Below are positions 20,172-31,774 of a DNA stretch of 64,000 nucleotides, one piece after another. The position numbers and the translations under genes were made by a program. Source of the DNA: Bryobacterales bacterium (GTDB taxonomy: Bacteria > Acidobacteriota > Terriglobia > Bryobacterales > UBA6623); contig CBDFIS010000006.1 of assembly GCA_965248205.1 (NCBI GenBank), positions 258,492 through 322,491 on the forward strand, written 5' to 3'. Within the stretch, counting starts at the first letter, position 1, and the number at the start of each line of letters is the position of its first letter. Under the pieces are notes generated by a model, which saw only the letters and a program-made list of their open reading frames with translations, did no database searches and was not told the DNA's origin.

Positions 20172-20319
20172 CTGAGACAACGCGGGTAGACCTGTTTGAA
20201 GCTCCAGCCTGAGAACATCGCCGCAGGCGCTCCAAAGCCGACGTGGTTGCGTTTGCTGTCCCGGAGTCTCCGGTTGTAAAGCCACCTTGACGATCGGTCG
20301 ATAAACCTCATGGTTATCT

Positions 20320-21210
20320 ATGGCTGTCGAAACACAGATCCCATCTGAAACTGGCGAGGCTCAACCTTCGAGAACTGCCAAACCTTGGGCTTTGAAGTCT
20401 CTGCCGCCGTTCCCAGCGGTTGCGTTGCAGTTGCTGAGCTTGTTGGACGATGACGAAGCGCCGATGAAGAAGATCGTCGGGCTGCTGCGGATCGACCCGG
20501 CGCTGTCGGCGGAGATTCTCCGTGTGTCTAATTCAGCGCTTTATGGGCTCAGCCGGCGGGTGGACAACATTTCCCACGCGATAGCCGTGTTGGGTACTGA
20601 GGTCGTCAAGCGTCTGGCGCTCACCGTAGCCCTAGGCCGTTTTTCTCACAGCTTTCTCCGCAACCAGGAACTGCGGATCTGCTGGGATCACAGCGTCGCC
20701 TGCGCCTTGATCGCCGAAGAACTGGCGGAGGCGTTAGACGTCGCGAGGGACCGAGCCTATACCTCGGGGCTGCTACACGACGTGGGCCGATTGGCGCTAC
20801 TGGCTTGCTACCCCAACGAATACGGAAATCTTCTGGCGGTGGCGCGAGAGAATGACTTCGACGAACTCGAGTGCGAGAGGCAACTGTTTGACATCGACCA
20901 TTGCGCTGCCGGGGAGTGGTTGGGCCGGGAATGGAACCTGCCCCAAGACTTCGTCGATGCCATCGGCCAGCATCACACCGCCGAAGCTGCCGATCGCTCC
21001 ATGCTCTCGATCATCGCCGCGGCGAGTGCCGTCGCCGACACGATCGGCTTCAACGTGCTCCAAATGCCGCCCAAATTAACCGTGGCCGAGGTTATCGCCA
21101 ATCTTCCGATCCCCGATCACGCTACCCTCGCGGACAAGCTGGAAAAGTACCCAGAAACGATCCGAAACGCAATTGGCGCCGTGACCCCCGGTACCGGCTC
21201 GAGCAGCTAG
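20320..21210 (+). CDS. HDOD domain-containing signalling protein
   Basis: LPPFPAVALQLLSLLDDDEAPMKKIVGLLRIDPALSAEILRVSNSALYG and GLLHDVGRLAL are characteristic of HDOD domains. Confidence 0.85.
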   Translation: MAVETQIPSETGEAQPSRTAKPWALKSLPPFPAVALQLLSLLDDDEAPMKKIVGLLRIDPALSAEILRVSNSALYGLSRRVDNISHAIAVLGTEVVKRLALTVALGRFSHSFLRNQELRICWDHSVACALIAEELAEALDVARDRAYTSGLLHDVGRLALLACYPNEYGNLLAVARENDFDELECERQLFDIDHCAAGEWLGREWNLPQDFVDAIGQHHTAEAADRSMLSIIAAASAVADTIGFNVLQMPPKLTVAEVIANLPIPDHATLADKLEKYPETIRNAIGAVTPGTGSSS

Positions 21211-21390
21211 CCCGCGTTTCTCACGAGCCGGCAGTCGAAGCACACGATACGCCCGCCATTACTTTGTTGCGCTTGCTCACCGTGCTCAACGTACTGTTTA
21301 AGTACGCCTCCGCGCGCTGAGCGGCGCGCGCCTCGTACTGACGGGCCTTTCACGCTCAACCCCTCACCACGTGGGAAGAAAAGCGGGCTA
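21208..21390. repeat. MITE-like element, copy C (183 bp)
   Basis: Left end TAGCCCGCGTTTCTCACG. Right end CGTGGGAAGAAAAGCGGGCTA, an imperfect inverted repeat with a 3-nt indel. Internal GC hairpin CGCGCGC-tgagcg-GCGCGCG. Related to the elements at 34751 and 37219. Confidence 0.55.
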
Positions 21391-21631
21391 GCCGCCCTTG
21401 GCGAGACCGGTGGGACAAGCATTTCTGTCTGGAATGCCGACCAGGCTCATCACCAACATCGCGTGACCCCCATCCAGGGAGATCCGAGACTTTTCTAGCT
21501 GGGTTCCCTTTTTCCATTCCACCGCTCGACCTTCCAGCGACCCCCGGCTCCGCCGCGTCCCCTCGGAGACACCTCCTCTATAATGGAGGGCAATCAACGA
21601 GTAATCCATCGACGTCCCGGAGCCACTCCCG

Positions 21632-23189
<1,558 letters not shown>

Positions 23190-23200
<11 letters not shown>

Positions 23201-24419
23201 GCTGTTCGTCGCAGGTCGCTACCTCAGAGCCAAGCGCAGGCAGAGGTTCATTTCCGTCGTTACGGCGATCGCGGTGTTGGGGGTCGGTACCGGCGTGATG
23301 GCGCTAGTCGTAGCGATGGCCATCAACAACGGCGTCCAGCAAGACCTTCAACGCCATCTTCTGGGAGCCACGGCCCACGTGAACCTCCTCGAAAAGGAAC
23401 GCGGCTTCGGCATCGACGACTGGCGCATCTTCATGGAACGATTTCGCAACGTCGACCACGTCGCTGCCATGGCGCCGGCGCTGTACGGGGAGATGATGAT
23501 CTCAGGCCCGATACGAGCTCGCGGCTGCGTCTTAAAAGGAATCGATCCCGTGGCCGAACCGGCGGTTGGTGACCTGCTGACCACTATCACGGAAGGCTCC
23601 GTGGAAGACCTCATTCGCCCCGATACTCAGCCCGGGATCATCCTCGGAAAACGGCTCGCCGAGACAATCGGAGCACGATTGAACTCAGTGATGACGTTGG
23701 TCAACCCTCAAGGGGAGCTAACACCCTTCGGCCCCGTACCGGGTTTCAAGAGAGTCCGCGTGGCGGCAATCTTCGAATCGGGCTTCTACGAGTACGACAA
23801 TTACTGGGCCATCGCCACGCTCGAGACCGTGCAACAGTCGCTTTCTCTGGGGGACGTCATCAACGCCGTCGATTTTAAGCTCGACGATTTGGACTTGGCG
23901 GCAAGCGTCAGCGTGGAGGTCGAGAAGCTCGCTGGTCCCGAATTCGCCGCCACCAGCTGGATGGAGCGCAACCGTGAGATCTTCAACGCCCTGAAGGTCG
24001 AAAAGCTCGTGACCACAGTCACCATTGGCCTCATCATGCTGGTAGCGGCCCTCAACGTACTGACGTCGCTGGTCATGATGGTCATGGAAAAGAAAAAGGA
24101 TATTGCGATACTAATGTCGATGGGAGCGCGACGACCCCAAATTCGAAAGATTTTCGCACTTCAGGGCCTGATCATTGGCGGCGCCGGCACAGCGCTTGGG
24201 CTTTTCGTGGGCCATTTCCTCTGCTGGCTCTGTGGAACCTACCGCCTCATTCCACTCGAAGCCCAGGTTTATGGACTGAGTTACGTACCCTTTGCTCCTC
24301 GAGCCTGGGACGCGGCCGCCGTCGCGCTTGCGGCCCTCATCATCAGCTACCTGACCACGATCTATCCTTCCACCACGGCAACGCGGATCCTGCCACTCGA
24401 GGTGCTCCGGTACGAGTGA
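23190..24419 (+). CDS. LolC/LolE-family lipoprotein-releasing ABC transporter permease (FtsX-like)
   Basis: N-terminus [20 protein letters not shown], a large periplasmic domain and a C-terminal FtsX-type helix bundle. Overlaps the lysS 3' end by 11 nt. No ATPase gene is adjacent. Confidence 0.85.
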
Positions 24420-24521
24420 TCCAGCCGATCTCTTTTCAGTTGCTCGCCATCGCTCCGAAACACTGACACCGCTGCTACGAAAGCCTTCCTTTTCCCCACC
24501 CCTTGGAGTAACCTGAGTACG

Positions 24522-27062
24522 ATGAAGCCGATCAAGCCGCTGCTGTTCTTCCTGGCTTGCAGCGCGGCCGGCGTGGCCTCTCCCCCTCCCGACTTCCAGC
24601 GCGACGTCCTTCCGATCTTGAGCCGGCACTGTCTGCAGTGTCACGGTGAAGCTGTCCAGATGGGCAACCTCGATCTGCGGTCTCCCGCGTCAATGCTCAA
24701 AGGCGGCAACAAAGGGCTGGCGCTCGTCAAGGGATCGGCCCAGCAAAGCCTGCTATATCAGCGGATCGTCGACAAGTCGATGCCCATGGGCGAGGAGAAG
24801 CTCACCGGAAACGAAATCGGTCTCATCGGAGCGTGGATCGACGGTGGCGCGGGCTCCGGCACGCCCGGAACTCCGGAAGCGTCAGGAAACAAGCTGCGAG
24901 TCGCCCGGCATTGGGCTTTTGTTCCACCCGAGCGCCCTCCCGTTCCCGAAGTCAATGACGACGAATGGGTCCGTTCCCCGGTTGATGCCTTCATCTTGCG
25001 CGAGCTTGAGAGCCAAGGAATCCGACCGTCCCCTCCCGCGGACCGGCGCACGCTGTTGCGCCGCGTCTACCTCGATTTGATCGGATTGCCTCCAACGCCG
25101 GAAGATGTCCAGGCTTTTCTTGAGGACGAGTCGGTCGGCGCGTACGGTCGCGTCGTCGAGGGTCTCTTGTCGCGTCCCCAGTATGGCGAACGATGGGCGA
25201 GACACTGGCTCGACGTCGTCCGCTACGCGGAAACGAACGGCTACGAACGCGACGGGGCTAAGCCGCACGCCTGGCGCTACCGCGACTACGTCATCGATGC
25301 GCTGAACAGCGACAAGCCTTTCGACCGGTTCCTGACCGAACATGTTGCCGGCGACGAGATAGAAGACTCCAACGCCGAGGCGCAGATTGCCACGACGTTT
25401 TTGCGTTTGGGCACCTGGGACGACGAGCCTGCCGATCTAGACGTCGATCGCTATGACCAGCTCGATGACGTGCTCGGAGTGACGGCAACGGCGTTCCTCG
25501 GACTCACCATTCGCTGCGCGCGCTGCCACGACCACAAGTTCGAGCCCTTCCCGCAAGAGGACTATTACCGCCTGTTGGCCGTCTTTGAGCCACTGAAGCG
25601 TCCGCAAGACGGACGCGCGGACCTGGATGTTCTCGTGGGCACAAAAGAAGAATTGGCTGTCTACCAGGAAGCCATGGAAAAGGCGGACGCCGAAGTCGCC
25701 CTGGTCCAAGAGCCGGTTGAAGACGCGAGAAAGCTGATTCTCAAGCGCGTTCTCGAGAAGAACGAAGGACTACTTGCCGAATTGAGTTGGACGGAACAGG
25801 TTGAGACGGTGCTTGCAGCTCTTAAGGACCCCAAGAAGCGATCTGACAAGGAGAAAGAGCTGGTCGAGAATTTCCGCGGCCTTCTGGACGACGCCATTTG
25901 TGAAGAAGCCTCCCGAGAAGAGAGTGCTCAGCTTTTGGAATATAAGCTGCAGATCGCAAAGATCAATACGTCTCGACCCACAGAACCGCCGCGCGCGTAC
26001 ATCTGGCACGAGGATGCGGCCGAGGTTTCCCCGACCCGAGTGTTGGCAAGAGGAGATGTCCGCCAGCGGGGCAGGGAAGTGGAGCCGGGCGTACCGTCAG
26101 TGTTCGGCGCGGGACGACTCGAAGCGCCCGCGGAGACCGAGAAGTCGACGGGGCGCCGACTCGCACTGGCTCGCTGGATGACTCGATCCGACAACCCACT
26201 CGTCGCGCGGGTCATCGTCAACCGGATTTGGCAGGGCCATTTCGGAGAGGGTCTAGTCGCTAGCGAGAACGACTTCGGCTTGATGGGGCAGCGTCCTTCA
26301 CATCCGCGGCTGCTCGACTACCTCGCGACCGAGTTGATTCAGTCCGGCTGGAGCCTAAAACACATCCACCGATTGATCGCCAAATCCAGCACGTTCCAAC
26401 TGTCCTCTGCGTGGGACCCAAAGTGGGCGAAGATTGACCCCGATCAGCGCTTGCTTTGGCGTTGGAAACCGCGCCGCTTGGAGGCAGAGGCCGTTCGCGA
26501 TTCTATCCTGGCGTTAAGTGGGCAACTCAACCCGGAAATGCACGGGCCCAGCGTCTACCCAACTCTGACAGAGGCCGTGTTGGCGGGACAATCTAGACCC
26601 GGAGAAGGCTGGGGAGAATCCGCCGAGCAGGAGGCCTCTCGCCGAAGCGTCTACGTCTTTTCGAAACGGAGCCTGGCCGTGCCGGAGCTTGAGGCCCTTG
26701 ACGCTCCCGATACATCGTCGAGTTGTGAGCAGCGGCGAGTGTCGACCACGGGTCCACAAGCTTTGATATTCTTGAACGGCGACTTCATCCATCAGCAAGC
26801 GGGTTACTTCGCCGCCCGGCTTGTGCGAGAAGCGGGCAACGATCCGAAGGAGCGCGTCTTGCGGGCCTTTGAGCTGGCTCTGGGACGGCCACCGAAGTCC
26901 AGCGAGCTCAGGGTGGCGCTCGATTTTCTCCGCGCTCACGAGCGCCAGATCCGGGCCGACCGGCGGGCGGCCGAAAGAAAAGCAGGCGACAGCGACGGTG
27001 AAGGGCTGGAAGGCTTCAGCTTGACCCTGCTTAACACGAACGAGTTTTTCTATTTGAACTGA
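24522..27062 (+). CDS. PSCyt (planctomycete cytochrome c) / DUF1549 / DUF1553 domain protein
   Basis: Signal peptide, CLQCHG haem-binding motif, and the IRCARCHDHKFEPFPQEDYY motif typical of DUF1549/DUF1553 proteins. Confidence 0.85.
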   Translation: MKPIKPLLFFLACSAAGVASPPPDFQRDVLPILSRHCLQCHGEAVQMGNLDLRSPASMLKGGNKGLALVKGSAQQSLLYQRIVDKSMPMGEEKLTGNEIGLIGAWIDGGAGSGTPGTPEASGNKLRVARHWAFVPPERPPVPEVNDDEWVRSPVDAFILRELESQGIRPSPPADRRTLLRRVYLDLIGLPPTPEDVQAFLEDESVGAYGRVVEGLLSRPQYGERWARHWLDVVRYAETNGYERDGAKPHAWRYRDYVIDALNSDKPFDRFLTEHVAGDEIEDSNAEAQIATTFLRLGTWDDEPADLDVDRYDQLDDVLGVTATAFLGLTIRCARCHDHKFEPFPQEDYYRLLAVFEPLKRPQDGRADLDVLVGTKEELAVYQEAMEKADAEVALVQEPVEDARKLILKRVLEKNEGLLAELSWTEQVETVLAALKDPKKRSDKEKELVENFRGLLDDAICEEASREESAQLLEYKLQIAKINTSRPTEPPRAYIWHEDAAEVSPTRVLARGDVRQRGREVEPGVPSVFGAGRLEAPAETEKSTGRRLALARWMTRSDNPLVARVIVNRIWQGHFGEGLVASENDFGLMGQRPSHPRLLDYLATELIQSGWSLKHIHRLIAKSSTFQLSSAWDPKWAKIDPDQRLLWRWKPRRLEAEAVRDSILALSGQLNPEMHGPSVYPTLTEAVLAGQSRPGEGWGESAEQEASRRSVYVFSKRSLAVPELEALDAPDTSSSCEQRRVSTTGPQALIFLNGDFIHQQAGYFAARLVREAGNDPKERVLRAFELALGRPPKSSELRVALDFLRAHERQIRADRRAAERKAGDSDGEGLEGFSLTLLNTNEFFYLN

Positions 27063-27075
27063 GTTAGGCTCCCCT

Positions 27076-28554
27076 GTGGAAGAAGCCATGGAAGGCCCTC
27101 GCCCCATTGGCGGTAGGATGACCCCATGCGGTCGGACGCGCCGTGAGTTTTTGTGGGAGACAGGCGGCGGGTTCTGCGGCACCGCGCTGACCTATCTTTT
27201 GGCCGCGGATGGGTTCTTCACGGAAGCCGCCAGGGCCTCCGAAGCCGCACTCTCGCCCTTGGCCTCGAGGAAACCGCATTTCGCTGCGAAGGCGAAGTCC
27301 TGCATCTTTCTCTTCATGTACGGGGGTCCCAGTCAGGTAGACACTTGGGATCCAAAGCCCGAGCTCAACAGGTATCACGGCAAACCGATGCCGAATCTCG
27401 ATGATGACCCGGTACTCAAGGGGAGGAAACCGGGCACCCTCCTTGGCTCGAACCGGAAGTTTCAGAGGTTCGGTGAATCCGGCATCGAGGTGTCCGACCT
27501 CTTCCCGCACCTCGCGCAGCGAATAGACGACATTGCGGTGATCCGAAGCACGTACGCCGACAGCTTCGCGCACGGGTCGGGCCTGCTGCAGATGAACACG
27601 GGTTTTCTGCGACAAGGTCACCCTAGCCTAGGATCGTGGGTGACCTACGGGTTGGGAACCGAGAATCAAGACCTACCCGCGTTCGTGGTGATGGTTGACC
27701 ACCGCGGTGGGCCCGTCTCCGGCCCGCCGAATTGGTCATCGGGGTTCATGCCGGCCACCTTTCAGGGCACCCAGTTCCGTTCCACGGGGGACCCGATTCT
27801 CTACCTTGACCGGCACGACGGCGTGACGTCGGCTCAACAGCGGCAACAGCTCGACTTACTGTCGCGGCTGCACCAACTCAAAGGGGCGGCGGGACCGGAG
27901 AACTCGGAACTGACGGCGCGTATCGCCAGTTATGAACTGGCATTTAGGATGCAGACCGCCGCGCCGGAGGCGGTCGATCTTTCAAGCGAGTCACGCGCGA
28001 CCCAGCGCCTCTATGGCCTGGATGATCCCATTACGGAAAAGTTTGGACGCAAATGTCTTATCGCTCGCCGGCTGGTCGAGCGCGGCGTCCGCTTCGTGCA
28101 ACTTTACTCCGGCGGCGGGCACGGTGACGACAACTGGGACGCGCACAGTAACGTAGACGAGAACCACGAACTCCACGCTAAGGAGTCCGACCAGCCCATA
28201 GCGGCGCTGCTGGCGGATTTGGAGCGCCAAGGTTTGCTGGACGAGACGCTCGTCGTTTCGGCCGGCGAGTTTGGCCGTACTCCGACCAGCGAGAATAACG
28301 TCGGCAGGGACCACAGCCCCCGCGGATTTTCAACGTGGGTGGCCGGAGGCGGCGTAAGAGGCGGTCTGACCATCGGGGCCACGGATGATTTCGGTTACGC
28401 CGCGGTTGAGAACAAAGTCCACGTCCACGACCTGCACGCGACCATCCTGCACCTCATGGGCTTGGACCATACCCTGCTGACGTATTTCCACGCGGCCCGC
28501 GACATGCGACTCACTGACGTCCACGGGCGGGTGGTTCCCGAGCTGGTGGCGTGA
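27076..28554 (+). CDS. DUF1501 domain protein (sulfatase-fold, Tat-exported)
   Basis: Twin-arginine leader RTRREFLWETGGGF, with GEFGRTP and GRDHSP motifs. An alternative start at 27118 is possible. Confidence 0.85.
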   Translation: MEEAMEGPRPIGGRMTPCGRTRREFLWETGGGFCGTALTYLLAADGFFTEAARASEAALSPLASRKPHFAAKAKSCIFLFMYGGPSQVDTWDPKPELNRYHGKPMPNLDDDPVLKGRKPGTLLGSNRKFQRFGESGIEVSDLFPHLAQRIDDIAVIRSTYADSFAHGSGLLQMNTGFLRQGHPSLGSWVTYGLGTENQDLPAFVVMVDHRGGPVSGPPNWSSGFMPATFQGTQFRSTGDPILYLDRHDGVTSAQQRQQLDLLSRLHQLKGAAGPENSELTARIASYELAFRMQTAAPEAVDLSSESRATQRLYGLDDPITEKFGRKCLIARRLVERGVRFVQLYSGGGHGDDNWDAHSNVDENHELHAKESDQPIAALLADLERQGLLDETLVVSAGEFGRTPTSENNVGRDHSPRGFSTWVAGGGVRGGLTIGATDDFGYAAVENKVHVHDLHATILHLMGLDHTLLTYFHAARDMRLTDVHGRVVPELVA

Positions 28555-28624
28555 AGTACGGCGCAGTCGGCTACGCGCCCGGGTCCCTTAGGATGTTCTT
28601 GAGGGGATCGTCCGCCCCTTAATA

Positions 28625-28654
28625 GGCCCGGACCGGCAGGATTGCCGGCCCTAC
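28625..28654 (-). repeat. Solo GTAGGG + GC-hairpin (REP-like) unit
   Basis: The reverse complement reads GTAGGGCCGGCAATCCTGCCGGTCCGGGCC, containing the stem CCGGCA/TGCCGG. This is the same architecture as the hairpins inside the MITE copies. Confidence 0.3.
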
Positions 28655-28847
28655 TGATGTCGCCACGAATGGCGACACGGCAAGCAGGAATGCGCGCGCG
28701 ACGGGCTGTCCACCCTTCAACCCCGAGGGTCAAACCGTATCCCACCCCCGGGTTTGCAATCACTGCGGGATGTATGTGAAAGTGTTTGCCGGCTCGCCAT
28801 AGCCAAGTCGTCACCGATCGCAGTTCACCATTCGCAAGGAGGTTCCA

Positions 28848-29603
28848 TTGCCTGAAAAGGAATTCGCCGGGAAAACGGTACTGATCACAGGAGGGTCGCG
28901 CGGTATTGGTCGCGGCACGGCCATCAAACTCGCTAAACACGGCGCCGACGTCGCCATCAACTACTTGAGCCGCGATGCAGATGCCCAAGAAGCCAAGCGA
29001 ATGGTGGAGCAAGAGGGTGTTCGATGCGCACTGGTCAAAGCCGATATCTCGAAACCCTCGGATGTCGAAGCCATGGTAGCGGAGACCCGTCAGGCGCTGG
29101 GGCCGATCTCGATGCTCGTTGCCAACGCCGGAATCAGCATCCTGGAGTCGCACGAGGAGATCTCATGGGAGACCTGGCGAAAGACGATGTCGATCAATCT
29201 GGACGGCACCTTCCTTACTGTCATGGCGGTGAAGGACGAGATGCTGGCGAACAAGCACGGCCGAATCGTATGTATCTCGTCCCTCGCTGCGTGGCGCCCC
29301 CGCCCGATGCAGATCCACTATGCGTCGAGCAAGGCCGCCTTGCATTCGATGGTCAAGTGTTGCGCCGATGCGTTCGCCCCGCACGTACGCGTAAACTGTA
29401 TTGCACCCGGCCTCATCAAGACGGAAATGGGAGACCTGCTTGGTCCCGAGAAGACGCAACAGCTCATCGCAGCCACGCCCCTCGCCAGGCTGGGCGAGCC
29501 GGAAGATATTGCCAACGTCGTGTACTTCTTGCTGTCGGATCTGTCGGCTTTTATGACAGGCCACACGCTTACAGTGAGCGGCGGACGCGCCATGATGCCG
29601 TAA
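28848..29603 (+). CDS. SDR family oxidoreductase (FabG-like)
   Basis: TTG start 5 nt after AAGGAGG. Cofactor motif TGGSRGIGRG, catalytic YASSK, NAG motif. Confidence 0.85.
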   Translation: MPEKEFAGKTVLITGGSRGIGRGTAIKLAKHGADVAINYLSRDADAQEAKRMVEQEGVRCALVKADISKPSDVEAMVAETRQALGPISMLVANAGISILESHEEISWETWRKTMSINLDGTFLTVMAVKDEMLANKHGRIVCISSLAAWRPRPMQIHYASSKAALHSMVKCCADAFAPHVRVNCIAPGLIKTEMGDLLGPEKTQQLIAATPLARLGEPEDIANVVYFLLSDLSAFMTGHTLTVSGGRAMMP

Positions 29604-29701
29604 CGGCGTTCGCAACCCACTTGATCGATCCCCGCGCGAATCGCCACGGCCGTTTGTGTTGACTCCGATCCTCTCGATGCTATGCTTGAGCGCTTGAGTT
29701 C

Positions 29702-31528
29702 ATGACCACTTTCTACGGTCTGAAGCTGATCGACCTTGCTGCCATCGTCGGCTATTTTGCCGTCGTAATGGCGGTCGGCTTCTGGGCATCGCGGCGAGTA
29801 AAAGACGAACGCGATTTTTTCCTCGGAGGCCGCAGCTTCGGCAAGGGCTTATTGGTGATGCATTGGCTGTGCACCGGTACCCACAGCGAGCAGGCCGTCC
29901 AAGTAAGCGGGGCCACCGCGCGCGTCGGTTTGGGCGGCATCTGGTACCAGTGGATGTACTTGTTCTCGACGCCTTTCTATTGGATGATTGCTCCCATCAT
30001 CCGCCGGCTCAGAGTTACGACCACGGGCGATTTCTTCCGCATTCGCTACGGACGATCGCTGGAAGTGCTCTACTCCTTCGTGGCTCTTGGCTATCTGATC
30101 CTTTCGATCGGCATGTTGTTGCGCGGGGCGGGTGCGGCCGTTTCAGGAGCGACCGGAGGAGCCATCCCCACCGAGGAGTCGGTGCTGTTGCTTTCCGTTC
30201 TTTTTTCCACTTACATCATGGCGGGCGGGTTGATGGCGGCCGCCTACACGGACGTGCTACAGGGCGTAATGATTATCGTCCTCTCGTTTATGCTCGTCCC
30301 GGCGGGGCTAAACGTCATCGGGGGGATGACGGAGCTGCATGCTAGTCTCGACCCCGCCATGCTCTCTATCACTGCTCCGGAAGGAGCGCGCGAGGGGGAC
30401 CTGGGATTTGTCATTGCGTTATCCCTGCTGGGCCTGGTCGGTGTTGTCGTACAGCCCCACGTGATGACGGCGACCGGCTCCGGCAAAACGGAACTCGAAG
30501 CGAGGGTCGGGTTCTGCTACGGGAACTTCGTCAAGCGGCTGCTGACGATTGCCTGGGCCTTTACGGGTTTGATCGCCGTAGTGATATTCCCCGAAGTACT
30601 TCAGGGCGTTTCGGCCGGCAGTCCGGAAGCCGCGCACGCCAGCGAGACGCTCTTCGGCCGTTCCATTCAGCTTTTGTTGGGCGACGGCTGGCGCGGACTG
30701 ATGATCGCCTGCCTGCTGGCCGGTATCACCAGTGCGGAAACGTTCATGGTGACGGGATCCGCGATCTTTACCCACAACTTTTACCGCCACTTCGTTGGGC
30801 AGAGGACAGACCGGCACTACCTTTGGGTTGCGCGGTTTGCCTCTGCGGGATTACTCGCCGCGGGTCTGATCACTGCCTTCGCCGCCGAAAGCCTGACGCA
30901 AATCCTGGTCTGGTCCATCCAACTCGTCGGACTCCTAGGCGGCGCCCTTTGGCTCGGCGTCATCTGGCGACGCGCCAATTCCGCCGGCGTTTGGGCTAGC
31001 TTCGGGGGTGCATTAGCCATTTGGCTGGGATCGCAAGTTCCGGCCGAGCAATTCGCCTCACTGCCTCCCCTCGCGAGCCTGCTTGCGTCGTTTCAACAGA
31101 CCGGCCAGGCTTTCCAGATTCTCGCGATGTTGGGAGTAGCATTCGGCTTGCTGATTGTCGTCAGCCTCCTCACACATCCGCTCCCGGCCGAGCAACTGAA
31201 TTCTTTCTTCGCCCGCTTACACACCCCCGTCGGTCGCGAGTCGGACGTCCGATTGACTGTGCCGGTGGGGACTATCAAAGCTGAGACCGACCCCGGGGTG
31301 CAATCGGTCGCACCGGCTGCCTCTTGGGAGGTGGCACCCGCTGCGGAGGGCGACACCGTCGAGTTGGACTACCAGAAAGCCTCCACCTTCGCTTATCGCA
31401 ACCTGCAGCGCCTCGGACTCGAGATCCCACGCATGGGCCGCATCGACTGGGGCGGTTTCCTCGTAGCCTGGGGTTTAGTAGGCGCGTTTATCGTACTGCT
31501 GATGTGGCTGGCCCGGCTGGGTGCATAG
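29702..31528 (+). CDS. Sodium:solute symporter (SSS) family transporter
   Basis: 608-aa polytopic protein with SSS-like N-terminal helices (..FFLGGRSFG..) and 13 or more hydrophobic segments. Confidence 0.75.
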   Translation: MTTFYGLKLIDLAAIVGYFAVVMAVGFWASRRVKDERDFFLGGRSFGKGLLVMHWLCTGTHSEQAVQVSGATARVGLGGIWYQWMYLFSTPFYWMIAPIIRRLRVTTTGDFFRIRYGRSLEVLYSFVALGYLILSIGMLLRGAGAAVSGATGGAIPTEESVLLLSVLFSTYIMAGGLMAAAYTDVLQGVMIIVLSFMLVPAGLNVIGGMTELHASLDPAMLSITAPEGAREGDLGFVIALSLLGLVGVVVQPHVMTATGSGKTELEARVGFCYGNFVKRLLTIAWAFTGLIAVVIFPEVLQGVSAGSPEAAHASETLFGRSIQLLLGDGWRGLMIACLLAGITSAETFMVTGSAIFTHNFYRHFVGQRTDRHYLWVARFASAGLLAAGLITAFAAESLTQILVWSIQLVGLLGGALWLGVIWRRANSAGVWASFGGALAIWLGSQVPAEQFASLPPLASLLASFQQTGQAFQILAMLGVAFGLLIVVSLLTHPLPAEQLNSFFARLHTPVGRESDVRLTVPVGTIKAETDPGVQSVAPAASWEVAPAAEGDTVELDYQKASTFAYRNLQRLGLEIPRMGRIDWGGFLVAWGLVGAFIVLLMWLARLGA

Positions 31529-31683
31529 GGTGACGAGCTGCCCAGGCGCAGTCGCTTAACGGGGCTTGTTGACCCGCTGCGCACGGCAACTCCCCTCAAC
31601 AAGTTACTTCCGAGAATCCGGTTTGTTAGAAGCAATGGTGGTCTCAAAACGTACTTCTCCCGGTCGGGCGTCAACCAGGCGGA

Positions 31684-31712
31684 TTGACTTCCTTCCCGGC
31701 CTCGACTACTTT
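31684..31712 (+). promoter_or_regulatory. Candidate sigma70-type promoter for the Rieske/PQQ dehydrogenase genes
   Basis: TTGACT (31684-31689), 17 nt, TACTTT (31707-31712), in an AT-enriched stretch about 60 nt upstream of the Rieske start. Confidence 0.3.
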
Positions 31713-31774
31713 ATGCATACAGATATAAGTACGCTTTTCTCAGAAGGCGTCGAAGGGAGAGTTATGGGGAGCCC

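Noticed and set aside
19445-20311. A 288-aa minus-strand ORF crossing the right boundary of IS1380 copy 2. Its N-terminus (..WLYNRRLRDSKRNH..) faintly recalled the C-terminus of IS3-type integrases.
   Set aside because: Most of the ORF is the antisense shadow of the IS1380 transposase gene (the same ORF exists in copy 1 as 2068-2766). The part outside the IS is only about 45 codons of intergenic DNA, and the resemblance is too weak.
21391-21631. Possible T-box or lysine riboswitch leader of lysS. A CCTCC-tctataat-GGAGG hairpin containing TATAAT lies at 21572-21589.
   Set aside because: No specifier loop or T-box sequence and no L-box core motifs are visible. There is only a single short hairpin and no -35 element at the right distance.
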